DNA of 64,000 nt from Eledone cirrhosa (taxonomy: Eukaryota), in contig OZ024742.1 in the NCBI GenBank assembly GCA_964016885.1, forward strand, positions 53,816,001-53,880,000, written 5' to 3'. A program made the translations under genes and the position numbers. The notes under the pieces were generated by a model. The model did no database searches and was not told the origin of the DNA. It was given only the letters and a program-made list of their open reading frames with translations. Each line of letters starts with the position of its first letter. The stretch's first letter is position 1. Positions 1 to 13,336 of the stretch are shown here, in pieces.

Positions 1-129
1 GGTGAGGAATTCAAATCTGACATTGTTATATACTAGCGGCTAGGTTTAGAGTTATGGAATGAGTGTGGTAGTGGTACTGGCATGAGGAAAACACCTCTGA
101 CTTTTTATTTAGGAGGTTTAGTTTCGAAA

Positions 130-812
130 AGATTATACTAGGGATCTCTAGAAGACAGAGGTTACATAATTTATTCGGTGGTTTATACGATGTAGCCCTA
201 CCTACTACTTACCATTGAAGTGTATATGGTATATTCCTAGTTTTCAGAGAGTGTATGTAGCTAGAGTATGAAGTGGAGTTGGCTAGATTGTGTCTTTTGA
301 AAGAATGGAGGTCCGAGTTGTATCTCGTCTTGAAGCAGTTCGAAGTAGAGCCAATATATGTTTTAGAAGAGTTGTTTGTGTTGACCGTGCAGGAGTAAAT
401 GATGTCTTTGATTAAGCAAGTATTACCTAATGGGCAAGTTCTATTTGATCTACAGTTACATTTATTTTGGATGTTAGCTTGCAGGTTACTATGTTGTGTT
501 TAAGTCTGGTTGCTTTGGATAACATTAGGGTAACGATGGTTGTCGTTCCTATTGTTATTGATTTCATTGGTGCTATTACCATTATTACTATTGCTACTAC
601 GGTTTGTAGGTACTATGTTGTTCTGTACGTTTAACTCCTGCTGTGTTTTAATTAGTTGGAAATAATTATTAATCTTCCTTTTATTACTACTAGCTATATG
701 GTATGCGATGTTAGGTGTGGTAGAGTAAGAGATTTTAATGGTATCTTTATTTATAAGATTATGGTATTTGTGGACCGATGGGAAGTTTTTTTCCAGGATT
801 GAGAAGAAAGCC
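130..812 (-). mobile_element. Decayed Penelope-like element fragment (RT thumb/linker plus GIY-YIG endonuclease)
   Basis: ORF 500-970 contains 'FPSVHKYHNLINKDTIKISYSTTPNI'. Further along the minus strand is 'CNC..CPLGNTCL..IIY..YIGST', the same motif set as the PLEs at 31.6 kb and 48 kb. Stops and frameshifts are present. Confidence 0.85.
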
Positions 813-813
813 T

Positions 814-851
<38 letters not shown>

Positions 852-1031
852 TGTATACAGACGTACAGTAGTATGTATATATATATATACATACATGCAC
901 ACATATATATATGTACGTATGGACTCACCGAACATTTATTATAATGCTCGGTGTGTTTGTAAACAAACATCCCATATTAAGCCGTAGTGTCCAGCAACCA
1001 TGTTGCTCGTTTGTTCAACACTGACAAAGGA

Positions 1032-1074
1032 ACGCTGTACTAGTTTCAAGCTTATTAGCTATCGTTAGCAACGT
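1032..1074 (-). ncRNA. Family A hammerhead, mutated core (CUAACGA)
   Basis: Same as 1469-1511 except G5->A; probably inactive. Confidence 0.75.
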
Positions 1075-1468
1075 ATACCTTCCTGCCAGATGATTGAACG
1101 TCTGAAAGTATATACTTTCCTTATGCATATTAACGGCTGAGTAGCCCAATTTGCATATCGGGTGGGTTAATCGGCCGGGTGCACCGAAAACGATAAACGG
1201 AAAAAATGAAACGAAATTTCATTTCCCACTCTTAGTACGGCTGTTACTTAAATATAAATATGTACACGTACATACATATATGTATACATACGTACAGTAG
1301 TATGTATATATATATACATACATGCACACATGACACATATATATATGTACGTATGGATTCACTGAACATTTATTATAATGCTCGGTGTGTTTGTAAACAA
1401 ACATCCCGAATTAAGCCATACAGTGTCTAGCAACCATCGTTGCTCATTTGTTCAACCCTGACAAAGGA

Positions 1469-1511
1469 ACGCTGTACTAGTTTCAAGCTTATTAGCTATC
1501 GTCAGCAACGT
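1469..1511 (-). ncRNA. Minimal type I hammerhead ribozyme, intact core (family A)
   Basis: Minus strand: ACGUUG-CUGACGA-U AGCU aaua AGCU U-GAAA-CUAG-UA-CAGCGU. Stems I and II pair and stem III is the palindrome CUAG. Confidence 0.88.
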
Positions 1512-2206
1512 ATACCTTCCTGCCAGATGATTAAACGTCTGAAAGTATATACTTTCCTTATGCATATTAACGGCTGAGCAGCCCAACTTGCATATCGAGT
1601 GAGTTAATCGGCCGGGGTACCGAAAACGATAAACGGAAAAAAATGAAACGAAACTTCATTTCTCACTCTTAGTACGGCTGTTACTTAAATATAAGTATGT
1701 ATACGTACATACATATATGTATACAGACGTACAGTAGTATGTATATATATATACATACATGCACACATATATATATGTACGTATGGATTCACCGAACATT
1801 TATTATAATGCTCGGTGTGTTTGTAAACAAACATCCCGAATTAAGCCGTAGTGTCTAGCAACCATCGTTGCTCGTTTGTTCAACCCTGACAAAGGAACGC
1901 TGTACTAGTTTCAATTAACTCACGACGATTAACTCACTCGATATGCAAGTGGGGCTGCTCAGCCGTTAATATGCATAAGGAAAGTATATACTTTCAGACG
2001 TTCAATCATCTGGCAGGAAGGTATACGTTGCTAACGATAGCTAATAAGCTTGAAACAAGCATACGCGAAAACAGTCGCCATAGGTATACAAATACACGCA
2101 TGTACCCCCCCCCCCCAAAAAAAAAAACAAAAACAAAAAAACCCGCACGCACATACAGAACCCACGCATACGAATGTATACACCAAATACACATGAAAAT
2201 ATATCT

Positions 2207-2262
<56 letters not shown>

Positions 2263-2599
2263 ATACATATAACTAAATAAACGTATATAAATAAATGAAT
2301 ACGTATATAACAAGCGCACACACATACCTACATGTAAATACACATATGTTCGGAGACGTACGTCAACCAAAACACAAAGTACACATATACACACCCTCTA
2401 CATACGTACGAACCCGCATACTCACACAGACGCATAACTCACGTATACACATAACCAAAAGCATATGTACCAGAATATATAATATATACGCCATAACATA
2501 TACAATAAAATATACGTACGAGAAAGTATACGTACCTTCACAAAACATACAGGTAATATATACTTACCTATACAAATAAGTAATGGTATAAACATAACA

Positions 2600-3050
2600 T
2601 ATACTTAGCTACCACATCAAGACGTAAAATACCCACGTATAGTTCGTACTATACGTTAGGGTATAATGTTGGGCTGTAATACAGGAAAGTTTGTGCAATT
2701 TATGTTTACAAGCCGAAATTGCCTTAGATATTTTGTTTAAGATGTGGTCTTTGGCGTAGAGTATTTCCAGGGCCTCAGCAGCGCAGAGGTGACATATTCT
2801 TTTATTTCCGTTATACGATCTAGCCCTAGCTAGGATCTCCCACTGTAACTTATATTGGGTCTGGTTGTCTTTTAGACTCCAGATATAAGCTAAAAGGGAC
2901 ATCATATTCCTTCTTAAAGGGTTACGAAAAGAATGGGTATGCATGTAAAGACGCTGCTTGAATCTATTGGCGGTTAACCCTATGTAGGCCCTACGGGACG
3001 TGAGTGTTTCAACCTTACATTTGTAGACAATGTTACTAGAGAGGCATGGT
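2600..3050 (-). mobile_element. PLE GIY-YIG C-terminal fragment
   Basis: ORF 2609-2944 'HSFRNP..IWSLKD..QWEILARARSYNGNKRICHLCAAE..LNK..ACKH' is similar to ORF 47916-48314. Confidence 0.85.
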
Positions 3051-3129
3051 TAAAATATATATATATATATATATTTCGTTTCTGAATTTGTTTAGCAAGA
3101 TTCCTTATCTGAAAACGTGTGTTGAAACC

Positions 3130-3545
3130 GATATTGTTATACTTTGGGAGGGTCATGTTGATAATAAGAAACACACGCACCAGATGCTTTCACTCCAATT
3201 TATTATAAATTAAATTATAAGTTTAAAAAATTCATAAATTTCCGGTTGGTTGCTTAGTTCCACAACCGGATGTTTGTTCATATATTGTCAAAGTTCTTTC
3301 GTCACACATTCTGTGACCTCATCAGTGACCGGGGATTCTTTTCTTTGTGTTGTGCCTCTCCTTTGTTCTGTCCTACACCATCTTGTTTTCGTGTGTGTTG
3401 TGTGCTTAGTTTGCGCATGTGTTACATCCGGGTGTCTGTGTGTGTTATTATTTGTTTATTTATTTGTTTATTTACATGTTACTAGTTGGTTGTTTGTAAA
3501 CAACCAACTAGAGATCGGTGTGGAACTCGCACCTTCCTGAAGACC
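3130..3545 (-). mobile_element. PLE pseudo-LTR/3' end (family C)
   Basis: The terminus 'ttgttatactt(t)gggagggtcat' is shared with 4535, 41637-41670 (reverse) and 55439. It carries an HHR. Confidence 0.75.
3287..3329 (-). ncRNA. Type I hammerhead with one extra nucleotide after A9 (family C)
   Basis: Minus strand: GUCA-CUGAUGA-G-GUCACA gaaug UGUGAC-GAAA-GAAC-UU-UGAC. Confidence 0.8.
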
Positions 3546-3551
3546 TGAAGA

Positions 3552-3989
3552 TCCGCCTCTTCATTGCTGTAGTGGAGTCTGTGCTGCTGTACGGTTCTGA
3601 GACTTGAACACTGACCAAGAAACTCACTCAGATACTGGATGGGTGTTACACGAGAATGCCGAGGATTGCTCTGAACATTAATCAGTATACACTGAGGATA
3701 AAAAACTCAGAGCTGTATGGGAACTTCCCAAAAGTCAGCTCAAATGTGACACAGAGGAGACTGGGGTTAGTTGGACATGCTCACCGACATCCAGAGTTGA
3801 CACTGCACTCAGTGCTCCTGTGGAAGCCCCTACATGGACACACTGGAAGAGAAAGACCAAGGTTAACGTATGTTGATGCCCTAAGGACAGACATTGGTCT
3901 GTTGGAGACGCAGGACATGGCAGCGATAATAAGGGACAGAGACCGCTGGAGAGAACTCGTCCATGGATCTCGGGAATTTTACCCACCCC

Positions 3990-3990
<1 letters not shown>
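3552..3990 (+). mobile_element. RTE-clade LINE 3' fragment
   Basis: 'VESVLLYGSET..TLT..LDGCYTR..RRL.LVGH..GR.RPRLTYVD..RDRDRWR'. Near-identical to 22168-22605. Ends at (TA)n. Confidence 0.85.
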
Positions 3991-4020
<30 letters not shown>

Positions 4021-4022
<2 letters not shown>

Positions 4023-4276
4023 AATGAATATATGAGCGATGAACACCTATACAATTATACATGTGTTCGAATTGCAAATGACCAAGTTTAAAAATACTAA
4101 TTTAACATAATATGGTTTGTCTGTCTCGATTTAAAATAATAAATCAATAAAAATAACAAGCCTATATTGGCAATGGTCGTGATACCCGGATAAATTTTAA
4201 ATTTGTTTCGAACACAATTTTGCAATTCGAACACATGTATAATTGTATAGGTGTTCATCCCTCATATATTCCTTTG
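4021..4276. repeat. Inverted repeat with ~57 bp arms and ~140 bp spacer
   Basis: 'gatgaacacctatacaattatacatgtgttcgaattgcaaa' and its reverse complement at ~4219-4259. Confidence 0.85.
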
Positions 4277-4355
4277 CATTACACGGTTCGGAAATATTCC
4301 CTTCTTTGAACTATTTAATTTAAAAGGACTATTTCAAGTTTATAACTCAATATTT

Positions 4356-4439
<84 letters not shown>

Positions 4440-4473
4440 CACACATATATACACATATATATGTATATATATA

Positions 4474-4530
<57 letters not shown>

Positions 4531-4534
<4 letters not shown>

Positions 4535-6797
4535 TGTTATACTTGGGGAGGGTCATATTTGTGTAATAATATTGCCAGAATTAATAACAGTACACACTCA
4601 CTGTTTGGTTGGTTTTCGCTTCTGTCTTTTATATCGGTTAATTTAATTTATTCGGTCATCAATATTGCAATTGACTGACCGACGGTCAAAAATACAGATA
4701 TAATATAGACACAAACACATATATATAGTCTATCAAAGTTCTTTCGTTGCACATCTGCAACATCGTTGCTATTATGTTTCCTCCCGTTGCATTGTATGCT
4801 TACGCCATCTTTATTTAGTCTGTTTATTTATTTATTTGTTATTTATTTATTTGTTCATTTGTTCATTTTTTTGCGTGTGTGTATAGTATTTTGTTTGATG
4901 TGTGTTCTTGTTTGGGTGACTGTGTATTGGTTAATGTATTCTATCTTAGTTTACTAGTGTGTGTTTATATGTGTTTGTTGTTATTGTGCTTGTGTATGTA
5001 TTTATTTATTTATTTATTTATTTATTTATACTTCTCTTAGGTCAGTGTTGTTTGTTTTGGGTGTTGTTGTTATTCCATTCATTTTTTTTCTGTTTACCCT
5101 TGGCCTTCTAAGTTCTATTTCGCTGGCCTCTCTGATTTGCCTATCTGCTGGGTCATTTCTATGTTTAGATATTATTCTAACTCCTATGTTGTCTATGTTA
5201 CCGGTGTGTTGTTGTATGGCATGTTCGTATAGTACTGACCGTTTTTTCGTCCTTTTAGTTCCCCCCAGTGTAGGTCTATCCTTTCACCTATGCTACGAGC
5301 TGTCTCGCCTATGTATGTTGTTGTCATGTTTCTGCAAGTACTCTCTGTACATCTTATGCTATATACTACGTTTCTAGTTTTACAGTTTATCCGGGGGTTT
5401 ACTCTACATATGATACATTTCCTATTAGTACAGTGGGTTTCCTTAAAAGGGTAGGTTTTATGGTGATTTTATGGTGGTTCCTGGCTTTTCTACAATCTTA
5501 ATCTTTAAGTGGGTCTTTCTCAGGGCCTTTCTACACTGGTTAGCTAATTTCCCTCCAGGGGTAGCGTCCACAATCATGACACTCTGGTATCTCTGGTTGT
5601 CGTACCATGAGGTGGCTTTCCCTATCTTATGTCTAGTCCTCGCTAAGCTTTTCCATGATTTGCTCCTGTATAATGGGCAAATTCCTTTCATGTCCAGTTA
5701 TATGAGGGTCTTATACTTCTCTGTGGCTCCTTCGTATACTCTGATTCTGTCTCTTTGGTTGTAGCCAGAGAACTGCATGCGGTTGATAAAGTGTTGGATG
5801 TGTCTTTCCATTTCTGTTGGGTCGCACATGCGGGACACGTTCTTCATCACTCGTACCAAGTCTGCGATCAGAATATTAAACTTAGCACAACAGGACATTG
5901 CTGAGGCTTTGAGTATCAGGTATTTGGAGGCCATGGGTTTAGCATAGTGTGAGTGGAGAATTTGGGCTCTCTCGTCTATAGCGTTAACCCAGAGTTCTGA
6001 GTCTAATACAGGTAGTCTATTGTTAGGGTGTTTGGAAGGGTAGTCGATAGTTACAGTTATACTCTGGTGTATGGAATTAGCTATCTGCTGGATGCTTTCC
6101 ATTGTGTTACGTTCTAAATCAAACTTGTTAGTGCTCTCTTGTGGGGATGTCCTTATTACTATATTGATGTCGTCTACGTAACGAGAGTACATGATGAGGT
6201 CTATGGAGCTCTCATCAAGGAGATCTTTGAGTTTCCTTTCCCACCATACCATAAAAAGGTTGGCAACGTCACCAGCTATGCTGACGCCAATGGCTGCTCC
6301 CTCATTTTGGGTGTAGATCTTCTCGTTGAACTTGAATATGTGGCCCTTTAGGGTAGTTTTGATACTAGCCCCTATTGCATGTGCGACCATTTTTCTTACC
6401 TGATCATTGTTTTGGGGGGTCCGTATAGCTTTGTTCCACCCAATCCACCTTCCCATGGGAGTCTTTTTTGCCATTGAGGTTATGGTGGGAGGTCTACCTC
6501 TTATGGGTCTACTGGGGCAGAAACGTCTAAGGTCATGGCTGTCTAGGTAGTCAGTGTCGTAGGTAAGTCTAAGTAGGAGGCCCAGTTCGTCTGTGTCGAC
6601 GTCGCATAACTCCACCTCACTCTCAATGATCATCTCCACACATTTTTCCACAGCAAAATCATGTTAATGGATGGGTACAGTGACACCACATCCATGCTGC
6701 CTATTATGCAGTTGGATAGGTTCCTGTTTTTGTTGCACTCACTTATTCTGCTGAGGAGGTCCTCTGTACTATCACATACATCTGGGGACATCTTGAT
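4531..6797 (-). mobile_element. 5'-truncated PLE (RT, GIY-YIG, family C 3' end), possibly Nematis-like
   Basis: ORFs 6630-6812 'GSMDVVSLYPSI' and 5698-6651 'GAAIGVSIAGDVANLFMVWW..RYVDD..LPVLD'. 'C..C....NC..RNVVY.I.C..YIGETARS' lies at ~5200-5440. Frameshifted; flanked by (TA)n on both sides. The clade call is tentative. Confidence 0.88.
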
Positions 6798-6805
6798 TAT
6801 ATATA

Positions 6806-6887
<82 letters not shown>

Positions 6888-7220
6888 AGTATGTGTATAT
6901 ATATGCGAATATACAAAATAAATGCGGAATTTTTCATATAGTTGCGAACATCTGTCAAAGAAAGTTTATACTGTAAAATAATAACCTGCGAAACGCTGAG
7001 ATTTAAAATTTAAGTAAGTGTCTGTCAGCTTTTAACATCCAACATTTACAGATATGTTTTTTCATCTTTGATATATTGTCAGCCACGTCGAAATATCTCA
7101 TGGCAGCTGATGTTATATATGTTCAGACATGTAGCCGCAGCTCTACTGTAAAGTACTATACTAAAAGTAATTCTTATACCTACCCAAATACACACACTCA
7201 CACACAAACACACACACACA

Positions 7221-7261
<41 letters not shown>

Positions 7262-7279
7262 ACAAACACACACACACAC

Positions 7280-7366
<87 letters not shown>

Positions 7367-7417
7367 TATATATATTTAAAATTTAGCTTCGGCATAGCTA
7401 TATACATACATGTATAT

Positions 7418-7756
7418 GAATTTCGTATATCTAAAGACATACAGTATGTTTAATAAATAGATATTTTGAAAGCCCTGCTATGAATATTGAATGGCTGGCG
7501 GCTAGCACCGTCTAGCGGATTCCACCAGAAGCAGCTGGGGACAACTGTTTATGCGCATTTCGATCTTCTGGCTCTCATTCTAGCCCCGTCATGATGAGAG
7601 CCAAAAGCTCCAAATGCGCATAGACAGTTGTCCCCAGCTGCTTCTGGTGGAAACCGCTAGACGGTGCTGGTCACTAGCCTTTCAATATTCAATAGAGGGG
7701 CTTTCAAAATGTTTATTTATTAAACATACCGTATATATTTAGATATACGAAATTTA
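7418..7756. repeat. Fold-back palindrome (~160 bp arms) carrying decayed HHRs
   Basis: The arms are reverse complements around ~7580-7590. Right arm 7586-7627: ccguc-aUGAUGA-GAGC caaaa GCUC-cAAA-UGCGCA-UA-gacag. The left arm keeps GAAA. Confidence 0.85.
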
Positions 7757-8750
7757 CACACATACTCGCACGCGCACACACACACACATATATACACACA
7801 CGCCCGCAGACATACACACACACACAGAAGCACATACACACACACATGCACAGACACACACACACACGCACACTCACACTCACACATATATATATATACA
7901 TACAGAGGCTATTTATTTTTTGGAAACAAACATTAATTTGAATGGAAAAAATAATACTTTATATTGATTTCTCCCCCGTAGGCCAATGAAACACATAAAA
8001 TACATGGCCCACAGCATTGCCTGAATGTACAAAACTAAGATTATGTTTATGTAAAGAGGAATGTTTGCGTTGTGATGGTATATATATTTCACCAGTTCTA
8101 CTGCACTCCCCAACAAAAATTAGGTACCCCCCCCCCATTAAATTGGTACAGAGGACCTAGTTAACCTAACCTCCATCTAATGGTACCTGGGAAAGTATTT
8201 GTTATGTTTTGCTAATGAGGTTCTGTGTATGAAAAAATTATGTTGAATGATAATGATATACACACATACATACATACATGCATATATACATATATACATA
8301 TATACATAAATACATACACACATACATATATACATATATATATATATGCACATACATGCATACATAGATACATAATACATGCAAACATACATACACACAC
8401 ACATACATACATAAATACATACTGAGCACGGCTAGTTAGGAAGTCGCATATAGTCCATTAATGGAAAAAAATATACGTAAAACACTTAAGAAATTTAGCA
8501 TGTAATAACTGCATATACACTCGATTAGACATACAAACATATGCACGTGTAAACACATCACTCAAAGCATACAGATTCACACATAAAATAACATCCATAT
8601 CTGCACACACACTCACAGGCACATACATACATATTTACCTAGATGATGTTGCCTAAATTCCAATGAAGAAAGAGTCATGTTTCTATATTAGAAACCAGCT
8701 CACTCTCTATTGGTATAAATTTATAAAATAATGATTTATTTATTCAAATG

Positions 8751-8790
<40 letters not shown>

Positions 8791-9189
8791 AATGAATAAT
8801 AACAGGTAGACATCATATCCAGTGTAGTAATTAACCATCACTGCATCTTGGATAATCCTATACCTAAATATATATATATATATATATACACACACATATA
8901 TGTCATAACTGTTCATCGCATATTTACCGACTACTAGACATGATGTGGAATGAAAAGAAAGAAAGAGTGTAGTGAGCAAAATTCAACAAACCTAGACAAT
9001 CAAACTGCCTCTTTTACTATTTGTCACTGTATGTGTAAGGTGGTAAAGTCTGGTGCACAGATAGAAAATGGCATGTTAAACTGGCTTTTATTGTATTTGA
9101 TCTCTGTCGGTTGCGACTACGAGTGTTCCAGTTGTTTCACCAACGGTACATCATACAAGTGAATTAAACAAAAAAATGGACAAGCATTC

Positions 9190-9410
9190 GATATGGACGT
9201 GGACCCTTAACGCAACTCCCAAGGAGATTCGGCCTGACAGTTTGTGACAAGTTTGTCCATTTGAACCACAATTCCAATCATTTTTGCAAGTTGAGTGGAC
9301 AGAATCAACGTGAAACAAAATATCTTAGTCAAGGACATAAGGCGATACCACGGATCGAATCACATCTTTCAGATCATGAACCGCACACCTTAACCCCAAA
9401 TCACGTGATT
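9190..9410 (-). mobile_element. Old tRNA-derived SINE (second family)
   Basis: Minus strand B-box-like 'ttcgatcc' followed by 'tgtccttgactaaga'. Related to 62995-63280 and 14420-14530. Confidence 0.6.
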
Positions 9411-9433
9411 TTGCCATTATTACTGGATATATA

Positions 9434-9627
9434 GGGTGGTGGTTTGGCAGTATCGGTAGAAGGTAGGGGGTCATGCTTTGCTGCATAGAGTTACGGCCCT
9501 CTACGGTCTAAGTTCAAATCACGCCGAGGTTAACTTTGCCTTTCATCCTTACGGGGTTGATAAAATATAGCACCAGTAATACACTGGGGTAATTGTTGGC
9601 CTTGTGCCAAAAGTAGAAACAATTATT
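9434..9627 (+). mobile_element. tRNA-derived Meta-type SINE
   Basis: A-box 'tggcagtatcggtag', B-box 'agttcaaatc', core 'gcctttcatccttacggggt.gataaa'. Many copies in the window. Confidence 0.88.
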
Positions 9628-10179
9628 ACTGAATATATAATTGTGTGTCCTACATCTTGTCATTCGGACGCTGAACTTTGTACCGAATGACTGCTCATTC
9701 AGGTCTAACTATGGCTATAATTCAAGAACACTTATTACGAACGCACACAATCATGTACACACACAAACACACACATAGAAACGCATACACACACAAACGC
9801 ATATATATACATACAATAAATTGACGGTATTTGACAGAGTTAGAAGAACAGCCGGCAAAGTAGCCCACAGAAGGTTTTCCAGAAAAAAAGTTGATGTTGT
9901 TGTTGACGTTTCAACATTTGTATTCTATTTGATCAAGAAAATAGCTTACTCATGAAATTAATTGTTTCTACTTTTGGCACAAGACCAGCAATTATCCCGA
10001 GATACTTATATATATATATAATATATCTCATATAAAATAATACAGCCAATTATCCACACAATACTATATAGTTAGCACTCCAAACGTTTGATTGGGAATA
10101 TACTCCGGTATTTCCTAATGTTTGTTGAGTGAGTTGGAATTGGTCGGAGTATCGCTAATAGCTTTCTCCGTTTATGTAG

Positions 10180-10410
<231 letters not shown>

Positions 10411-10701
10411 AATACAAATTTTCTGTAATTTCAGTCTACCATAACAGCCGAAAGAACATATTGCATTGCAGTACGTTTTGTATTATTGAAGACGCTTATT
10501 TCATCTCATGATCGTAATGTGTTGAGTTTGATATTCGGCGCCGTGTCGTGATTTTAAGCAAGATATTTTAATTCACATTGCTCCTTTCTCCTCAAATGTC
10601 AAAATTGAGCAGTAGCTGTAATTCAAACAACCACCATTGAGACACATTGTGACATGCTGAATCTCCGCGAGGTTAAGGATACACGTGTCTGTGAAATGTT
10701 T

Positions 10702-10884
10702 GATTGGCAGTATCGGTAGAGGGTTGGACGCCATGCTTTGCAGCATAGAGTTACGGCTTTTATGGTCTGAGTTCAAATTCCGCCGAGGTTAACTTTGCCT
10801 TTCATCCTTACGGGGTCGATAAAATAAAGTACCAGTAATACACTGATATAATTGCTGGCCTTGTGCCAAAAGTAGAAACAATTA
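10702..10884 (+). mobile_element. Meta-type SINE
   Basis: Matches the window SINE consensus. Confidence 0.88.
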
Positions 10885-11189
10885 ATTTCACGAGCAAGCT
10901 GCTTTCTTGATCAAATAGAATACAAATCACGGGAAAGGTCAACAACAACAACCTTTTTTCTGGGCTACTTTGATTTACGACCCTGTAAGTGAAAATTAAT
11001 AATAGTACGTACTAGTTACATATATTGTCACATTTGTTACACTTTCTTACGAAAACGTATAGTCATTGCATATATTAGACCTCCCTCCTTTCACCTGTTC
11101 TTTTTTTAATCGCTAAGAGCAATTATATCTATCTATCTAGGGCGGGTAAAATTCCGAGATACTCATATATATATATATATATATATATA

Positions 11190-11284
<95 letters not shown>

Positions 11285-12581
11285 ATAAATACAGTTTTTC
11301 TGTAATTTTAGTCTACCATAATTCACTAAGGTACCCATCAACAAGAAGGTTTAATAGAAGGCGCTTGCTCAATGTTTGCTTGATCCCACTGCGAGTTAAT
11401 CCCAAACCACATATTTGTGAATCGATTTTCTCAACTATACAGCCATGCTTGCAAGAGTACTTTCAAGTTCCAGATGACAATTGCCTTTTTCTTTATTTTT
11501 CGAAATTACTAATTATTTCTATCATTCGATTTATAGTGCAGTATTTCAATCGTATGTCCTTAATGAATTATTTTCCTTGAATAGATTTCACTTGCGTGGT
11601 AGTAAATACCAACTCGTCTTACAAAACGTGTTTCGGTTTTCTATATTATTGTCTATATTGCAATCTGTAGATTCCGCTTTGTGGAGAACAAGTTAAGATC
11701 GGTTTACTCACGGAAAATCTCATGAGATTTATGAGAATTACTTTCGATTACAGATTTTGGATGGCGTGACAACAATTTTCATCTTCGCTGAACTCATCTT
11801 TCCTATTAAACTCCGAATGTATTTTTTTCGATTTTCAATCATATCTTATATTTATTTCAGCGCAATCCCCGTTAAACAGTTGTCAATTACAATTAAATTC
11901 TCACATCCCACAATCTCTATATATTGAAGCAGTTTTGTGAAGATATTTATTTTCCATAATCAACTCCCAACCCTACACCTACTTATCTTTTAACCCCTCC
12001 TCCTCCTCCTCCTCCTCCTCCTCCTCCTCCTCCTCATCATCATCATCATCATCATCATCATCAATATCATCATGAACATTACCAATATCGATATCATTAT
12101 TATGCTATCGAAGTTTATGAAGTTATTTCTATTATATATATTTGACAAAAACAGACGAATATACACAATGCCAACACAATGATCTGAACCTTCGAATAAG
12201 ATCAATGTAATACAGGAGGCTGATGGGAAGGCGTGTTTGTTAATCCAGCTTTCGTTTCGATAATATGAATGCACTTGCTGAAGCTGGTTAACGCACAGAC
12301 AAATAATGCGAACAATCACAGTCAAAACACCTTCATTGATATAAATGTTATCAGTTATGTCATTGTCATTGTAATAAACATCTTATATATCTTACACATC
12401 AACATCATCACTATCAGTATCATTGTAATTGCCGCGGTCGAAACCCAAACAACAAGACCACCACCAATAACAACAGCAATAACATTACCACTACAAACTC
12501 TACCACCACCGCCACCACCACCACCACCATATATACATGAGGGTGTGTCTATCTATATATATGTGTGTGTGTGTATACATA

Positions 12582-12665
<84 letters not shown>

Positions 12666-13143
12666 CATATATATATATACGCGCGCACAAACACACTCAC
12701 ACACACACACACACACATATAATATCTATGACGGCCGAAAGCACAATATTTCTCACCAGGGTGCATAGCCAATTATGCCCTGAATATATTGATCTCTGCT
12801 TAAATAAAGAAATTAGTATTTCTATTTTACTGCAGATCTATTGAAGTCCGATATATGAAATAATTGTATCACTACAGAATTGGAAATTATTATTGGTATA
12901 CAATGGTCTATTCATTTCTCATTATTTCACTTGGCTAGTCACAGTCTTCCAATGTAACTCTAATTATTCAGTCGCTGTTTATTCGTCTTTGCAGTAATGT
13001 TCAGATATTTGGCTACGTAGCGTAAGTTGTCCAGTGTTTTGAGAAAAATAACTTCGGTAGGGTGAACAAAAGGCGACAGTCATTAGAAAGTCGAATGACA
13101 GTCATTAGAAAGTCGAATAGAATCCTGTGCGGCTCTTTGTCGA

Positions 13144-13336
13144 TGGTGGATTGGCAGTATCGGTAGAGGGTCGGATGCCATGCTTTGCAGCAAAGAGTTA
13201 CGGCCCTTTATGATCTGAGTTCAAATCCCACCGAGGTTAACTTTGCCTTTCATCCTTACGGGGTCGATAAAATAAAGTACCAGTAATACACTGGGTTAAT
13301 TGCTGGCCTTGTGCCAAAAGTAGAAACAATTATTAT
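13144..13336 (+). mobile_element. Meta-type SINE
   Basis: Matches the window SINE consensus, full length. Confidence 0.88.

Larger units (their letters stand above)
830..2056 (-). repeat. Family A: ORF-less tandem array of ~430-437 bp units (about 2.5 units) with a terminal inverted segment (~1926-2056)
   Basis: The same sequence recurs at ~921/1355/1785 and 1032/1469/1897. 1926-2056 is the reverse complement of part of the unit. A dispersed copy lies at 53111-53561. Confidence 0.92.

Noticed and set aside
1135-1200. Plus-strand 'ctgagta/ctgagca...cgaaa' as a hammerhead in family A
   Set aside because: G8 is absent and stems I and III do not close; the supported motif is on the minus strand.
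830-1914. Tandem repeats as a CRISPR array
   Set aside because: Units are ~430 bp with no unique spacers, no cas genes, and a eukaryotic context.
11330-11900. Possible decayed DNA-transposase remnant (similar impression at ~52.2-52.9 kb and 59-61.5 kb)
   Set aside because: No catalytic motif or terminal inverted repeat I can verify by eye; a translated HMM search is needed.
13144-13240. SINE heads as tRNA genes
   Set aside because: A and B boxes are present but there is no cloverleaf, and they continue into a SINE core and tail.
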